This document shows positions 52,671 through 62,205 of a stretch of DNA of 64,000 nt, piece by piece. The stretch is from contig OY821641.1 in assembly GCA_963555995.3 (NCBI GenBank), positions 1,344,001-1,408,000 on the forward strand, given 5' to 3'. The position numbers and the translations under genes are program-made. The notes below the pieces were generated by a model. The model was not told where the DNA came from and made no database searches. It saw only the letters and a program-made list of their open reading frames with translations. Positions within the stretch are counted from its first letter, which is position 1; every line of letters begins with the position of its first letter. This DNA comes from Vicinamibacteria bacterium (lineage in GTDB: Bacteria; Acidobacteriota; Vicinamibacteria; Marinacidobacterales; Marinacidobacteraceae).

Positions 52671-54251
52671 ATGGCCCGACGTTTTCTGCGACTCGCGCTC
52701 CTGCCCGCGGCGGCGTTGGCCGTCGGCTGTGGCGAGCCCTACGATGTGGTGCTCGCCGGCGGGGACGTGCACGACGGCCGGGGCGGGGCCGCCCGGGTCG
52801 CCGACGTGGGCATCCGGGACGGCCGGGTGGCGACGGTGGGTGCCCTGTCGGGCGCCCGCGCCGAGACGCGAACCGACGTCTCGGGGCTCGCCGTGGTGCC
52901 CGGCTTCGTGGACCTCCACAGCCACGCGGTGCGCGGCGTGCTCCGCCATCCGCTCGCCGAGAACTACCTCCGGCAGGGGGTGACGACCGCCATGGGCGGC
53001 CCGGACGGCGGCTCGCCGCTGCCCATCGGCGAGTGGCTCGCGGAGTTCGAGGCCGAGGGCTCCGCGATCAACATGGGGCTGATGGTCGGCCACGGCACCG
53101 TCCGCCGGGAAGTGATCGGCATGGAAGACCGGGTGCCCACCGAGGCGGAGCTCGACGCGATGCGGGCGCTGGTGGAGCAGGCGATGCAGGAGGGCGCCTA
53201 CGGGCTCTCGACCGGACTGAAGTACGCGCCGGGCACCTTCGCCGAGACCGAGGAGGTCATCGAGCTCGCGAAGGTCGCCGGACGCTACGGCGGCATCCAC
53301 GTCAGCCACATGCGCGAAGAGGGGTTGACGCTGATGGACTCCGTCCGGGAAACCATCCGGATCGGCGAGGAGGGGGGCCTGCCGACCCAGCTCACGCACC
53401 ACAAGGTGGTGGGCGCCCCGATGTGGGGCCAGAGCGTCGAGAGCCTCCGCCTCGTGGACGAGGCCGTCGCGCGCGGGGTGGACGTGACGATTGACCAGTA
53501 CCCCTACACCGCGTCATCCACCGGGCTCACCATCCTGTTCCCCGGATGGAGCCTCGCCGGCGGGAACGACGCGCTGTTGGAGCGCCTTCAGGACCCGGAG
53601 ACGCGCGAGCGGATCCGCCAGGAGGTCAAGCGCAACATCGAGGTGGACCGGGGCGGCGGGAGTCCCGACAACGTGCAGATCTCCCGGTGCGCGTGGGACC
53701 CCTCGCTCGAAGGAAAGACCATGGGGGACATCCTGCGGGAGCGGGGACTGGAATCGAACCCCGACAACGGCGCGACGCTGGCGCTGGAGCTCCAGGAGAA
53801 CGGCGGTTTCGGCGGCGTCTTCCACGCCATGCATGAGGACGACGTCCGCCGGATCATGGCGCATCCCCGCACGATGATCTCTTCGGACGGGGGCGTGGTG
53901 GCGCCCGGCGAAGGGGTGCCGCACCCGCGCAACTACGGCACCTTCTCCCGGGTGCTGAGCCTCTACGTCCGGGAGGCGGGCCTGCTGTCCTTCGAGGAGG
54001 CCATCCGGAAGATGGCGTCCTTCCCGGCGGAGAGGCTCGGTCTCGGCGGCCGGGGCGTCATCGAGGAAGGAGCCATCGCCGACATCGCCGTTCTGGACCC
54101 GGCGACCGTAGAGGAACACGGCGAGTTCGGGGATCCGCACCACTACTCGACCGGAGTGCAGCACGTGCTGGTCTCCGGGGTCTTCGTTCTCCAGGACGGC
54201 GAGGTGACGGGGGCGAGGCCCGGCAAGGCGCTCCGATTGAACGCTCCGTGA
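52671..54251 (+). CDS. N-acyl-D-amino-acid deacylase (D-aminoacylase), lipoprotein
   Basis: Lipobox AVGC; PGFVDLHSH, STGLKY, SHMR, DQYPYTASST, SSDG, HPRNYGTF motifs. Confidence 0.88.
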   Translation: MARRFLRLALLPAAALAVGCGEPYDVVLAGGDVHDGRGGAARVADVGIRDGRVATVGALSGARAETRTDVSGLAVVPGFVDLHSHAVRGVLRHPLAENYLRQGVTTAMGGPDGGSPLPIGEWLAEFEAEGSAINMGLMVGHGTVRREVIGMEDRVPTEAELDAMRALVEQAMQEGAYGLSTGLKYAPGTFAETEEVIELAKVAGRYGGIHVSHMREEGLTLMDSVRETIRIGEEGGLPTQLTHHKVVGAPMWGQSVESLRLVDEAVARGVDVTIDQYPYTASSTGLTILFPGWSLAGGNDALLERLQDPETRERIRQEVKRNIEVDRGGGSPDNVQISRCAWDPSLEGKTMGDILRERGLESNPDNGATLALELQENGGFGGVFHAMHEDDVRRIMAHPRTMISSDGGVVAPGEGVPHPRNYGTFSRVLSLYVREAGLLSFEEAIRKMASFPAERLGLGGRGVIEEGAIADIAVLDPATVEEHGEFGDPHHYSTGVQHVLVSGVFVLQDGEVTGARPGKALRLNAP

Positions 54252-55771
54252 CGCCCGCGGCAGGCGGGGGATCGCGCCCCCGGGTGGTCGCGGCGATCGA
54301 CCAGGGGACCACGAGCAGCCGCTGCCTCCTCTTCGCCCGCGATGGCGCCATCGTCGGATCGGCGCAACGGGAGCACCGCCAGCTCACGCCGCGTCCCGGC
54401 TGGGTGGAACACGACGCGGTGGAGATCTGGGAGCGGACCGGCGAGGTGGTCGCCGGCGCGCTCCGAAACGGGGGGCTCGACGGGAAGGACATCGCCGCGG
54501 TCGGAATCACGAATCAGCGCGAGACCACGGTGGTCTGGGACCCGGCCACGGGCGAGCCGCTCGCCCCGGCGATCGTGTGGCAGGACACCCGGACCGCCGG
54601 GCTCGCTGCCGAGCTCGACGCCGCGGTCGGCGCCGAGCGCCTCCGGGAGCTGACCGGGCTCCCCGCTGCCACCTATTTCTCGGGGCCGAAACTGCGCTGG
54701 CTGCTCGATCACGACGAGGGCCTTCGGGACCGCGCGCTCGCGGGCCGCGCGCTGTTCGGCACCGTGGAGTCCTGGCTCGCCTGGAAGCTCACCGGCGGTG
54801 CGGTTCATCGCACCGACGCGACCAACGCCAGCCGCACCCTGATGATGGATCTCGGAAAGCTCCGCTGGAGCGGCGAGCTGATCGAGGCGCTGGAAGTGCC
54901 CGCTTCCATGCTTCCCGAGATCGCGCCCTCGTCCCACCCGGAAGCCTGGGGCCGGACGCTCAAAGACGGCCCCTTCGGCGCCGCGGTGCCGATCACCGGC
55001 GTGATCGGGGACCAGCAGGCGGCGCTGCTCGGCCAGTTGCGCCGCCGCCCCGGGGAGGCGAAGTGCACCTATGGGACCGGGGCCTTCCTGTTGATGCACA
55101 CCGGACCCGAAGCGGTGGCGTCGAAAGCGGGGCTCCTGACCACGGTCGCCTACAGCGATGCGGCGGGAGTGGACTACGCGCTGGAGGGTTCGGTGGCGGT
55201 CGCCGGATCGCTCGTCCAGTGGCTCCGCGACCAGTTGGGATTCGGACAGTCGGCGGCCGAGGTGGAGCGGCTGGCGCTCGAGGTGGAGGACTCCGGCGGC
55301 GCGGTCATCGTTCCGGCGTTTTCCGGGCTGTTCGCTCCCTGGTGGCGTTCCGACGCCCGCGGGGTGATCTGTGGACTGACGCGCCACACCGACCGCCGCC
55401 ACTTGGCGCGCGCCGCGATCGAGGCCTCGGCGTTCCAGGTCCGCGAGGTGATCGAAGCGATGCGCGCCGACGCCGGGCATGCGCCCCGCGAACTGCGGGT
55501 GGACGGCGGCATGACCGTGAGCGGACTCCTGCTCGCCTTCCAGGCCGACATTCTCGGAATACCGGTGGTGCGTCCGCGGTGCGTCGAGACCACGGCGCTC
55601 GGAGCGGCGGTCGCGGCCGGCCTCACCACGGGGTTCTGGGAGTCCGAGACCGAACTGGCGAAGGCTCTCGAAGAGGACGCCCGCTTCGAGCCCGGGATGT
55701 CCGGCGCCGAGCGGGACGAGCGGCTCGCCGCCTGGAGCAAGGCGGTGGAGCGCAGTTTCGGCTGGGTGTAG
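54248..55771 (+). CDS. glpK: Glycerol kinase
   Basis: IDQGTTSSR, GITNQRET, IVWQD, TDATNASRT, GDQQAAL, KCTYGTG, ETTALGAA motifs. Confidence 0.94.
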   Translation: MTPAAGGGSRPRVVAAIDQGTTSSRCLLFARDGAIVGSAQREHRQLTPRPGWVEHDAVEIWERTGEVVAGALRNGGLDGKDIAAVGITNQRETTVVWDPATGEPLAPAIVWQDTRTAGLAAELDAAVGAERLRELTGLPAATYFSGPKLRWLLDHDEGLRDRALAGRALFGTVESWLAWKLTGGAVHRTDATNASRTLMMDLGKLRWSGELIEALEVPASMLPEIAPSSHPEAWGRTLKDGPFGAAVPITGVIGDQQAALLGQLRRRPGEAKCTYGTGAFLLMHTGPEAVASKAGLLTTVAYSDAAGVDYALEGSVAVAGSLVQWLRDQLGFGQSAAEVERLALEVEDSGGAVIVPAFSGLFAPWWRSDARGVICGLTRHTDRRHLARAAIEASAFQVREVIEAMRADAGHAPRELRVDGGMTVSGLLLAFQADILGIPVVRPRCVETTALGAAVAAGLTTGFWESETELAKALEEDARFEPGMSGAERDERLAAWSKAVERSFGWV

Positions 55772-55818
55772 CGGGGGACGGAGCAGGCCCGGAAGGCGGT
55801 GTTCCCAGGCGGGGTGGG

Positions 55819-55879
55819 GTGACGACGTGCGCGGCGCGGAGCGCCGCGCGTGCCGGTCTGGAGACCGGCGTTCCAAGCC
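55819..55879 (-). repeat. REP unit plus hairpin between convergent genes
   Basis: Reverse complement reads GGCTTGGAACGCCGGTCTCCAGACCGGCACGCGCGGCGCTCCGCGCCGCGCACGTCG. Confidence 0.85.
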
Positions 55880-55907
55880 GGTGGGCCGTCACGGCGGCCG
55901 GCGTGGT

Positions 55908-57008
55908 TCACGGGGCCAGGATGCGGGTGTCGGCGACGGGCCAGTAGAGGCGGACGGCGTCGCCTTCGCGGGCGAGGCTCTCGAACAGGGTGTTGCCGCG
56001 CGCGAGCAGCCGGGTTCCCCCCTCGAGTTCGAGTTCGATCTCCAGGCGGTCCCCGAGGAAGGAGATGCGCCGGACGGTGGCGCCGATCCGGTTGAAGCCG
56101 GGCGCCGCCGGCGGATGTCCGATCTGGACCACCTCGGGCCGCATCGCGAGCAGCATCCCGCCGTCGCCGCCGGAACTCGCGGGAGCGGCCGGTGGGCCGC
56201 CGTCCCGCTCCGCGCGCAACACCGGACCGCCGGGTAGCCGGAACGTGTCCGCCTTGTCCTTCTCGGGGACGGCGCGCAGCAGGTTCATCTTGCCGACGAA
56301 ACTGGCCACGAAGGTGTTGGCCGGCCGGGTGTGGAGCTCCAGGGGAGTCCCGACCTGCTGGAGCCGGCCCTGGTTCAGGACGGCCACCCGGTCGGCGACG
56401 GTCAGCGCTTCTTCCTGGTCGTGGGTGACCCACACCGTCGTCGCCTCGAAGGACCGTTGCAGGCTGCGCAGGAGCGACCGCAGTTCGCGCCGCAGCGTCT
56501 GATCGAGGCTCGAGAGCGGTTCGTCGAGGAGCAGCACCTCCGGGCGGATGGCGAGCGCCCGGGCGACGGCCACCCGCTGCGCTTCCCCTCCCGAAATCTC
56601 ACGGGGATAGCGGTCCGCGAGTTCGAGGAGGCCCACCCGTTCCAGCATCTCGTCGGCGAGGTCCGCCGCCTCGCCGCGGGACGCTCCGCGCCGTTCGGGG
56701 CCGAACGCGACGTTCCTCCGGAGGCTCAGGTGCGGGAAGAGGGCATAGCTCTGGAAGACCATTCCCACGTTCCGGTTTTCGGGCGGCGCCTGATCCATCA
56801 GCTCGCCTCCGATCCAGACCTCCCCCGCGTCCGGTTCGAGGTGCCCGGCGATGCAACGGAGGATGGTGGACTTGCCGGCGCCGCTGGAGCCGAGCAGGGC
56901 CATCAGCTCTCCGCGTCCCACCCGCAGCGTTACGTCCGACACCGATTCGGTCTCGCCGAATCGTTTGCCGAGCCCTTCGAGGGCGAGCCCGGCCTCGCGT
57001 GGATTCAT
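55908..57008 (-). CDS. ABC transporter ATP-binding protein (PotA/FbpC type)
   Basis: GSSGAGKS Walker A, VFQSYALFPH, ISGGEAQR, LLLDEP, THDQEEA motifs, C-terminal TOBE-like region. Confidence 0.92.
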   Translation of the reverse strand: MNPREAGLALEGLGKRFGETESVSDVTLRVGRGELMALLGSSGAGKSTILRCIAGHLEPDAGEVWIGGELMDQAPPENRNVGMVFQSYALFPHLSLRRNVAFGPERRGASRGEAADLADEMLERVGLLELADRYPREISGGEAQRVAVARALAIRPEVLLLDEPLSSLDQTLRRELRSLLRSLQRSFEATTVWVTHDQEEALTVADRVAVLNQGRLQQVGTPLELHTRPANTFVASFVGKMNLLRAVPEKDKADTFRLPGGPVLRAERDGGPPAAPASSGGDGGMLLAMRPEVVQIGHPPAAPGFNRIGATVRRISFLGDRLEIELELEGGTRLLARGNTLFESLAREGDAVRLYWPVADTRILAP

Positions 57009-58657
57009 GATCGTCCGAAGAGCCACTTGGCTCCCGAGCCCGACCCGCCGGCCGCATCGCCGGAATCCGTGGGCTTCACGGCGGGAAGGACCGTCGTCGC
57101 CGGCTTCGGGGGCGTGGCCGGCGGTTCCTTGCCCAGGAAGCTGCGAACGGGCGCCGAATAGGGGAACTGATGCGGGTCGCGCACGGCCGCGCCGCGGGTC
57201 AGGTTCGCGAAGCGGTCGCGGATGGCCCCCGGTGGCGGGGGTGCGAAGGGAGGGCCGGAAGAGGCCGTCAGGGTCGGACCGGCCCGGGACCGAATCGTCA
57301 CCTTCGCCCACCGGATGCGGCGGCTCGAAGGTGCGCCCGCTTCGCCGAACTCGTGCGCCTTGACGGTGACCCGCTCGGCGAGCGTGATCGTGGCCGGGGC
57401 TCGAAACCGTGGATACCGGTCGGCGCCGAAGGGAACCCGCCGGTAGCGGGCTTCGAGCCACAGCGCGACCGCCGTGGGAATATGGCTCTGCATGGCGATC
57501 GGCCCGGTGTCCGGGCGGGCCCAGCCGGATACCGTCGCCGAGAAGGGGTAGGTCTCGACCGTGATCGCCTCGACGGTCTCCGGGTCCACCCGGGGCAGCT
57601 TTTCGATGGCGGCCAGCGCGGACTGCACCGCCCGGGAACCGGGAAACTTCTTGAGCGCAATCGTGTGGATCGCCCTCGTCGCGGTGCGGGCATCGAACGA
57701 GGTAAGCCCTGGACGGCGCGACCGGCGGGAAAGTGACGGCGTGGGGAGAAGCCCGATGGGATTCTTGATTTTCAGCGCGCTGGCCGCTCCGAGAAGTTGA
57801 CCGAAGGCGCCAAAGAGCAGCTTCGCGCTCGCACCGTCGCTGAACGCCCGGTAGGGATGCAGCGGGGTCAGCGCACTGGCGCGCCGGATGCTCTGCGCCA
57901 GTTTCCGCGCGCCGACCCCCTCGAGACGACCGACCGCGGCCGCGGTGGCCACGGGGGCGAGCGCGCCGGGGGAGTGGATGCCGGCCTCCTCCATCGCCGT
58001 CCCGACCGCGTCCCGGTGCCAGCTTCCGATGCCGCAGCCGACGATGATCGCGTCGAGGAGTTCGCCCAGGGTGCGGTCGCGCGCCTCGGCCGCCGCCACC
58101 GCGGCCGCGATGCATTCCGGTCCGGCATGCAGTTCGTGCGAATCTCCGACGAGGCGATTCCACACGATCGCGGACCAGAGGCCCGCCGAGCTGCGACCCG
58201 CCGCGGGCCGCCAGAGCGTTACGGGAGGGACGGACCCGCCCCGGAAGGAGTCGAGGATGCTCTCCGCCTCGCCGCCCGTCAGGAAGGCGGGCAACGGCTC
58301 CGCCGCGCCGATGGCCAGGGTGTCGGTGAGCAGCATCTGGGCCACGCGCCGCTCCGTGCTCAGAAATCGCGTGCTCGCCGCCCACTCCGCCGCGTCGCGA
58401 ACGTCGTCCAGATGGGTTGCCCGGACAAGGTTGACGGCGTCGGGGTCCACGTCCGCCGGGTCCGGCGGCCCTGCCCATCCCTCCGGCACGGGCCGCTGCG
58501 GCCCGGTGATCCCGGCCCGGACCCACCCCTCGGCGAGCCCCTCCAGCCAGCCGCGAAACCCGGCGGCCCGGGATCCCAGCGCCGCGGGATGCGGCATGAG
58601 ACAGCGGACGAGCGCATCCACGCTCTCCCGGGAAACGGGTGGGTCTTCGGGCTTCAT
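57005..58657 (-). CDS. Divergent MmgE/PrpD-family protein
   Basis: LLTDTLAIG, WNRLVGDSHELHAG..IAAAVAAAE..LLDAIIVG, GIHSPG..ATAAAVGRL, KKFPGS, ITVETY and QSHIPTAVA follow the PrpD pattern loosely. Confidence 0.6.
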   Translation of the reverse strand: MKPEDPPVSRESVDALVRCLMPHPAALGSRAAGFRGWLEGLAEGWVRAGITGPQRPVPEGWAGPPDPADVDPDAVNLVRATHLDDVRDAAEWAASTRFLSTERRVAQMLLTDTLAIGAAEPLPAFLTGGEAESILDSFRGGSVPPVTLWRPAAGRSSAGLWSAIVWNRLVGDSHELHAGPECIAAAVAAAEARDRTLGELLDAIIVGCGIGSWHRDAVGTAMEEAGIHSPGALAPVATAAAVGRLEGVGARKLAQSIRRASALTPLHPYRAFSDGASAKLLFGAFGQLLGAASALKIKNPIGLLPTPSLSRRSRRPGLTSFDARTATRAIHTIALKKFPGSRAVQSALAAIEKLPRVDPETVEAITVETYPFSATVSGWARPDTGPIAMQSHIPTAVALWLEARYRRVPFGADRYPRFRAPATITLAERVTVKAHEFGEAGAPSSRRIRWAKVTIRSRAGPTLTASSGPPFAPPPPGAIRDRFANLTRGAAVRDPHQFPYSAPVRSFLGKEPPATPPKPATTVLPAVKPTDSGDAAGGSGSGAKWLFGRS

Positions 58658-59703
58658 CAGGGAATGATCTCGCGACGGAAACGGGTTGCCCACGATGGAC
58701 GCAGGTCGCCCAGGGTCACCATGTCGAGCCGCATGAGCGTGTCGGAAGGCGGCAGGCCGGGGGGGATCGGGGTATCGCTCCGCGACGGGACCAGTTGGAG
58801 TTCCCGGGCCGCGAGTTGCTGCGCCTCGAGGGAGAACATGTAGTCCGCGAACGCCCGCGCGAGTTCGGGGCGCCGGGTCCCGGACACGATCTGGATCCCC
58901 TGCGGCAGGGCGATGGCGCCTTCGGCAGGCGCAGTCCACCCCACGGGAGCGCCTCCGGCGGCGAGGTGTCGCGCCTGCGAGGGCAGTCCCAGCGTGAGCC
59001 ACGCTTCGCCCTGGGCGACCAACTGGTTGTTGGCGGGTCCGCTGGTGCCGTACACCAGGACGTTGTTGCCGAGCCGGCCGAGTCTTTGGAATCCCGCGTC
59101 CGCGTCGGTCTCGTTCCCGGTAGCGATGCGCGCCAGGGCGGCCACCGTGAGCGGGCCGAGCGTGCTCCCGAACCCGAACAGCGCGAGCCGCCCCTCGAGC
59201 GCGGGATCTTCCAGCGCGGTCCAGGAGGCAGGCGGAGAGGGGAGATGCTCCGCGTTGTAGAGAAACCCGATGGCGGAGGCGAACGTGGCCGGAAGAGCTC
59301 GCCGGCTGAACCAGGCATCCGGGTCGGCCCACGCGGCATTGGGCACCCGCAGTTCCCCCTCCCGCGAGGTCTCCGGGTCGAAGGGAGTTTCGACGAGCCC
59401 TTCGCGCGCGAGCAGCGCCGCCTCTCCCGCGTCGATCCACAGGACATCGAGGGACGGATTTCCTCTCTCGACGCGCACGCGGGCGGCCTGGTCGGCGGAT
59501 CGGAGTCCCACCGGGATGAGGTTGGCGCCCGTGGCCGCCTCGAACGGTCCGGCGAAGTGGTCCTCGAGGTCGGCGATGCGGCCCGGTGGGACCGCGATCA
59601 CCAGGTCCTCGCCCGCGCGGCCGGCGCATCCGGCGGACAGGCTCGCCGCCAGCAGCAGGAAGCACGCTGAACGCGGCCTCGGGGGGCGCCGCCCGGAGGT
59701 CAT
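58657..59703 (-). CDS. ABC transporter substrate-binding lipoprotein (PotD/iron/thiamine cluster)
   Basis: Lipobox SAGC; FEAATGA, LYN, PASWTAL, APAEGA, ARAFADY motifs. Confidence 0.85.
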   Translation of the reverse strand: MTSGRRPPRPRSACFLLLAASLSAGCAGRAGEDLVIAVPPGRIADLEDHFAGPFEAATGANLIPVGLRSADQAARVRVERGNPSLDVLWIDAGEAALLAREGLVETPFDPETSREGELRVPNAAWADPDAWFSRRALPATFASAIGFLYNAEHLPSPPASWTALEDPALEGRLALFGFGSTLGPLTVAALARIATGNETDADAGFQRLGRLGNNVLVYGTSGPANNQLVAQGEAWLTLGLPSQARHLAAGGAPVGWTAPAEGAIALPQGIQIVSGTRRPELARAFADYMFSLEAQQLAARELQLVPSRSDTPIPPGLPPSDTLMRLDMVTLGDLRPSWATRFRREIIP

Positions 59704-60551
59704 CGGTTTGGTTCGAGAGCGGCCGGATCCGCTGGCCGGCCGCTTCCGGAGGCCGAATCCCGGGTCCTGAGCGGCCCGGAGATCCGATCCGTCAGCACCG
59801 CGGCGGCCACCGCGGCGGCGATGGTGAGGGTGCTCACCGCGGCGACGGTGGGGTCCTGGTAGCGGTCCACGGTCTCGTAGATGGCCACCGGCAGGGTGAC
59901 GGTTCGGCCGCTGGCCAGGAGCAGCGACAGCGCGAAGTTGCCGAAGGAGATCACGAAGGCGGACACCGCGCCGGCAACGATACCCGCGCGGGCGCTGGGC
60001 AGGGTCACGAGGAAGAGGGTCGCGAAGGGGCCGGCGCCCAGGCTGCGCGCCTGGTCTTCGAGCGCCGGATCGGTGGACTCGAGGGACGCCGCCACGCTGC
60101 GGACGACCCAGGGGATCGTGATGAGGAGGTGGGCGGCGACCAGCGGCAGCAGCGTCCCCGCGGTCCGGATGCCGGTGGCGTTCGCGAGCACCGCGGCGCT
60201 CGTCAGCACGCCGAGACCGAGGACGAGACCGGGGAGGCTCAGCGGGGAAAGGAGAACGGCGAGGAAGGCCTCGCGTCCCGGGAGCGAGCCGCGGGTGAGC
60301 GCGAGCGCCGCCGGGATGCCGGTGACGAGAGCCGCTCCCGTCGCGACCGCTCCCAGCAGCAGGCTCGTGAAGAGGCCGGAAATGAGCCGCGGCTGGTCGG
60401 CGAGGCCCGCGTACCAGCGAAGACTCATGCCCGACGGTGGGATCTCGAGCGCCGCCCCCGGACTCACGGAATAGACGATCACGGCGAGGGGCGCGAGGAG
60501 GAGTACGGCGTAGGCGACCGCCGCGGCCGCTCCCAGCGCGATGCGCGGCAC
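59700..60551 (-). CDS. ABC transporter permease (PotC-like)
   Basis: SLRWY, LEDQARSLGA (EAA loop), TLPVAIY motifs. Confidence 0.88.
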   Translation of the reverse strand: MPRIALGAAAAVAYAVLLLAPLAVIVYSVSPGAALEIPPSGMSLRWYAGLADQPRLISGLFTSLLLGAVATGAALVTGIPAALALTRGSLPGREAFLAVLLSPLSLPGLVLGLGVLTSAAVLANATGIRTAGTLLPLVAAHLLITIPWVVRSVAASLESTDPALEDQARSLGAGPFATLFLVTLPSARAGIVAGAVSAFVISFGNFALSLLLASGRTVTLPVAIYETVDRYQDPTVAAVSTLTIAAAVAAAVLTDRISGPLRTRDSASGSGRPADPAALEPNR

Positions 60552-60560
60552 TACCGGCCC

Positions 60561-61415
60561 CTAAGTCCCGAAAGTGCGCGCCGATCGGCGGCGGCTCAGG
60601 AGCGCCGCCCCGCCGAGCAGCGCCGAAGCGAAGAGGAGCAACGCGATGGAGGCGGCGGCCGCGGTGGGCCAGTCGAAGCTGATGGTCACCAGCTCGTAGA
60701 TCTCCATCACGAAGGTTCGGGCCGCCGATCCGCCGAGCAGGGCGGGGATGGCGTAGGCCGAGAGGCTTCCCACCAGGACGAAACTCGCTCCGGCCACGAA
60801 GCCGGGCAGGGTGAGGGGCGCCACCACCGCGAAGAAGGTGCGCGCCGGCGACGCTCCCAGGCCGCGGGCGGCGGCCAGGAGGTCGGGATCAATCCGGTCG
60901 AGGCTGGCCGCCAGCGCGAGGATCATGAACGGGAGGAAGGACTCGGTCAGGGCGAGGAGCACGGCCGCCTCGGTGTGCAGGAGACCGGCGCGGGGCAGCG
61001 AGAGCGCCGCGAGCGTTTCCCCGACGAATCCCTGGCGGCCCAGGATCAGCATCCAGCCGTAGGCGCGCACCACGACCGACATCAGCAACGGGGAGACGAT
61101 CAGCAGCGTCTGGATCCGGCGGGACAGCCCCCGCGAGCGGGAGAGGAACAGGGCGACCGGAAAGCCGAGGAGCGTGACCAGGACCGTCGTGAGGAGTGAG
61201 AGGCGGAGCGTCCGCAGGGCGACCGACGGATAGGGAGCGCTCAGCAGTCCGGCGAAGGAATCGAGTTCCGGGCCCCCGCTGAGCGGCGCGACCGGGCCGG
61301 GGGGATAGAGCGCCACGCGGAACAGCAGACCGATGGGCGCCGCGGCCACCACCGCAACCACGAGGAGAGCCGGCAGGAGCAGCAGGCCAGCGACCCGTCG
61401 CCTGCTCCGGTCCAT
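60561..61415 (-). CDS. ABC transporter permease (PotB-like)
   Basis: LGFPVA, VVRAYGW, LPFMIL, AARGLGA, PALLGG motifs. Confidence 0.88.
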   Translation of the reverse strand: MDRSRRRVAGLLLLPALLVVAVVAAAPIGLLFRVALYPPGPVAPLSGGPELDSFAGLLSAPYPSVALRTLRLSLLTTVLVTLLGFPVALFLSRSRGLSRRIQTLLIVSPLLMSVVVRAYGWMLILGRQGFVGETLAALSLPRAGLLHTEAAVLLALTESFLPFMILALAASLDRIDPDLLAAARGLGASPARTFFAVVAPLTLPGFVAGASFVLVGSLSAYAIPALLGGSAARTFVMEIYELVTISFDWPTAAAASIALLLFASALLGGAALLSRRRSARTFGT

Positions 61416-61542
61416 GTCCGGGAGGGATTCTATGGGGCGGGGGAAGACGGCCGGTGGCAAACCCCGCGGCGCTCGATGTTGCATTTCGGTCGGGACACAC
61501 CCGGCATTCCTCCCTCACGCACCGCCGGGAACGAAAACGGCA

Positions 61543-61705
61543 GGGAGCGCCGCTCTTCAGAGCGGCACAGCGGGCCGAAGGCCCGCGGATGTCGTGTCGC
61601 TGTCTGCGGTGATGAACCGGGAGCCGCGCGCCGCCGCGCCAGTCAGCGTCGCGCCGTGCGCTGCGCTATTGCGCAGCGCGTGCCGGTCTGAAGACCGGCG
61701 CTCCC
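61543..61705. repeat. REP-bounded MITE-like element, copy 3 (163 bp)
   Basis: GGGAGCGCCGCTCTTCAGAGCGGCAC ... GTGCCGGTCTGAAGACCGGCGCTCCC with the same internal GCGGGCCGAAGGCCCGC and GCTGCGC..GCGCAGC hairpins. Confidence 0.85.
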
Positions 61706-61784
61706 AGCCGGCGGCGCCGCGCCCGGGGCTTTAGACTCCGGGGGAGTGTGGCGCTCCCCGAGGCGCCAGCGATTGGTCAGACTG

Positions 61785-62144
61785 ATGAATCTCCGGAAGC
61801 TGGCGATACGGGCGGCGGTGCTGGCGCCGCTGGTCGCGGTGGCGGCGACGTTCTTCCTGAACGTCTGCCACCTGATCTACGACTGCGGCTGCGTCTCCAT
61901 CTGGAACGGCGGGGCGGCGTTTTGCAACATCCAGACGGCCGGCCCGCCGGACTGCCCCTTCTGCGCCCAGCCGAACGTGGCCTACGGCGCCCTCTACGGG
62001 ACGTTCCTGGTGCAGGGCGTCCTCGTGTTCGCTCCGGGCGCCCTCGGCCTCGGAATCCGGGCATTGCTCGGACTGGCCGCGTTCCCCCTGGTGGTGGGAG
62101 CCACCGGGATCGTTCTCGGGCTCCAGGCGGGCTACTGGGGCTGA
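61785..62144 (+). CDS. Small Cys-rich membrane protein of unknown function
   Basis: 119 aa, about 3 hydrophobic segments, CHLIYDCGC...CNI...CPFC; host-like codon usage. Confidence 0.7.
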   Translation: MNLRKLAIRAAVLAPLVAVAATFFLNVCHLIYDCGCVSIWNGGAAFCNIQTAGPPDCPFCAQPNVAYGALYGTFLVQGVLVFAPGALGLGIRALLGLAAFPLVVGATGIVLGLQAGYWG

Positions 62145-62205
62145 TCCGTCGGGGATCGGCGGGTATCATCGGAACCCGCCCCCGGGGGCGGCAAGGGGAG
62201 GTCCC

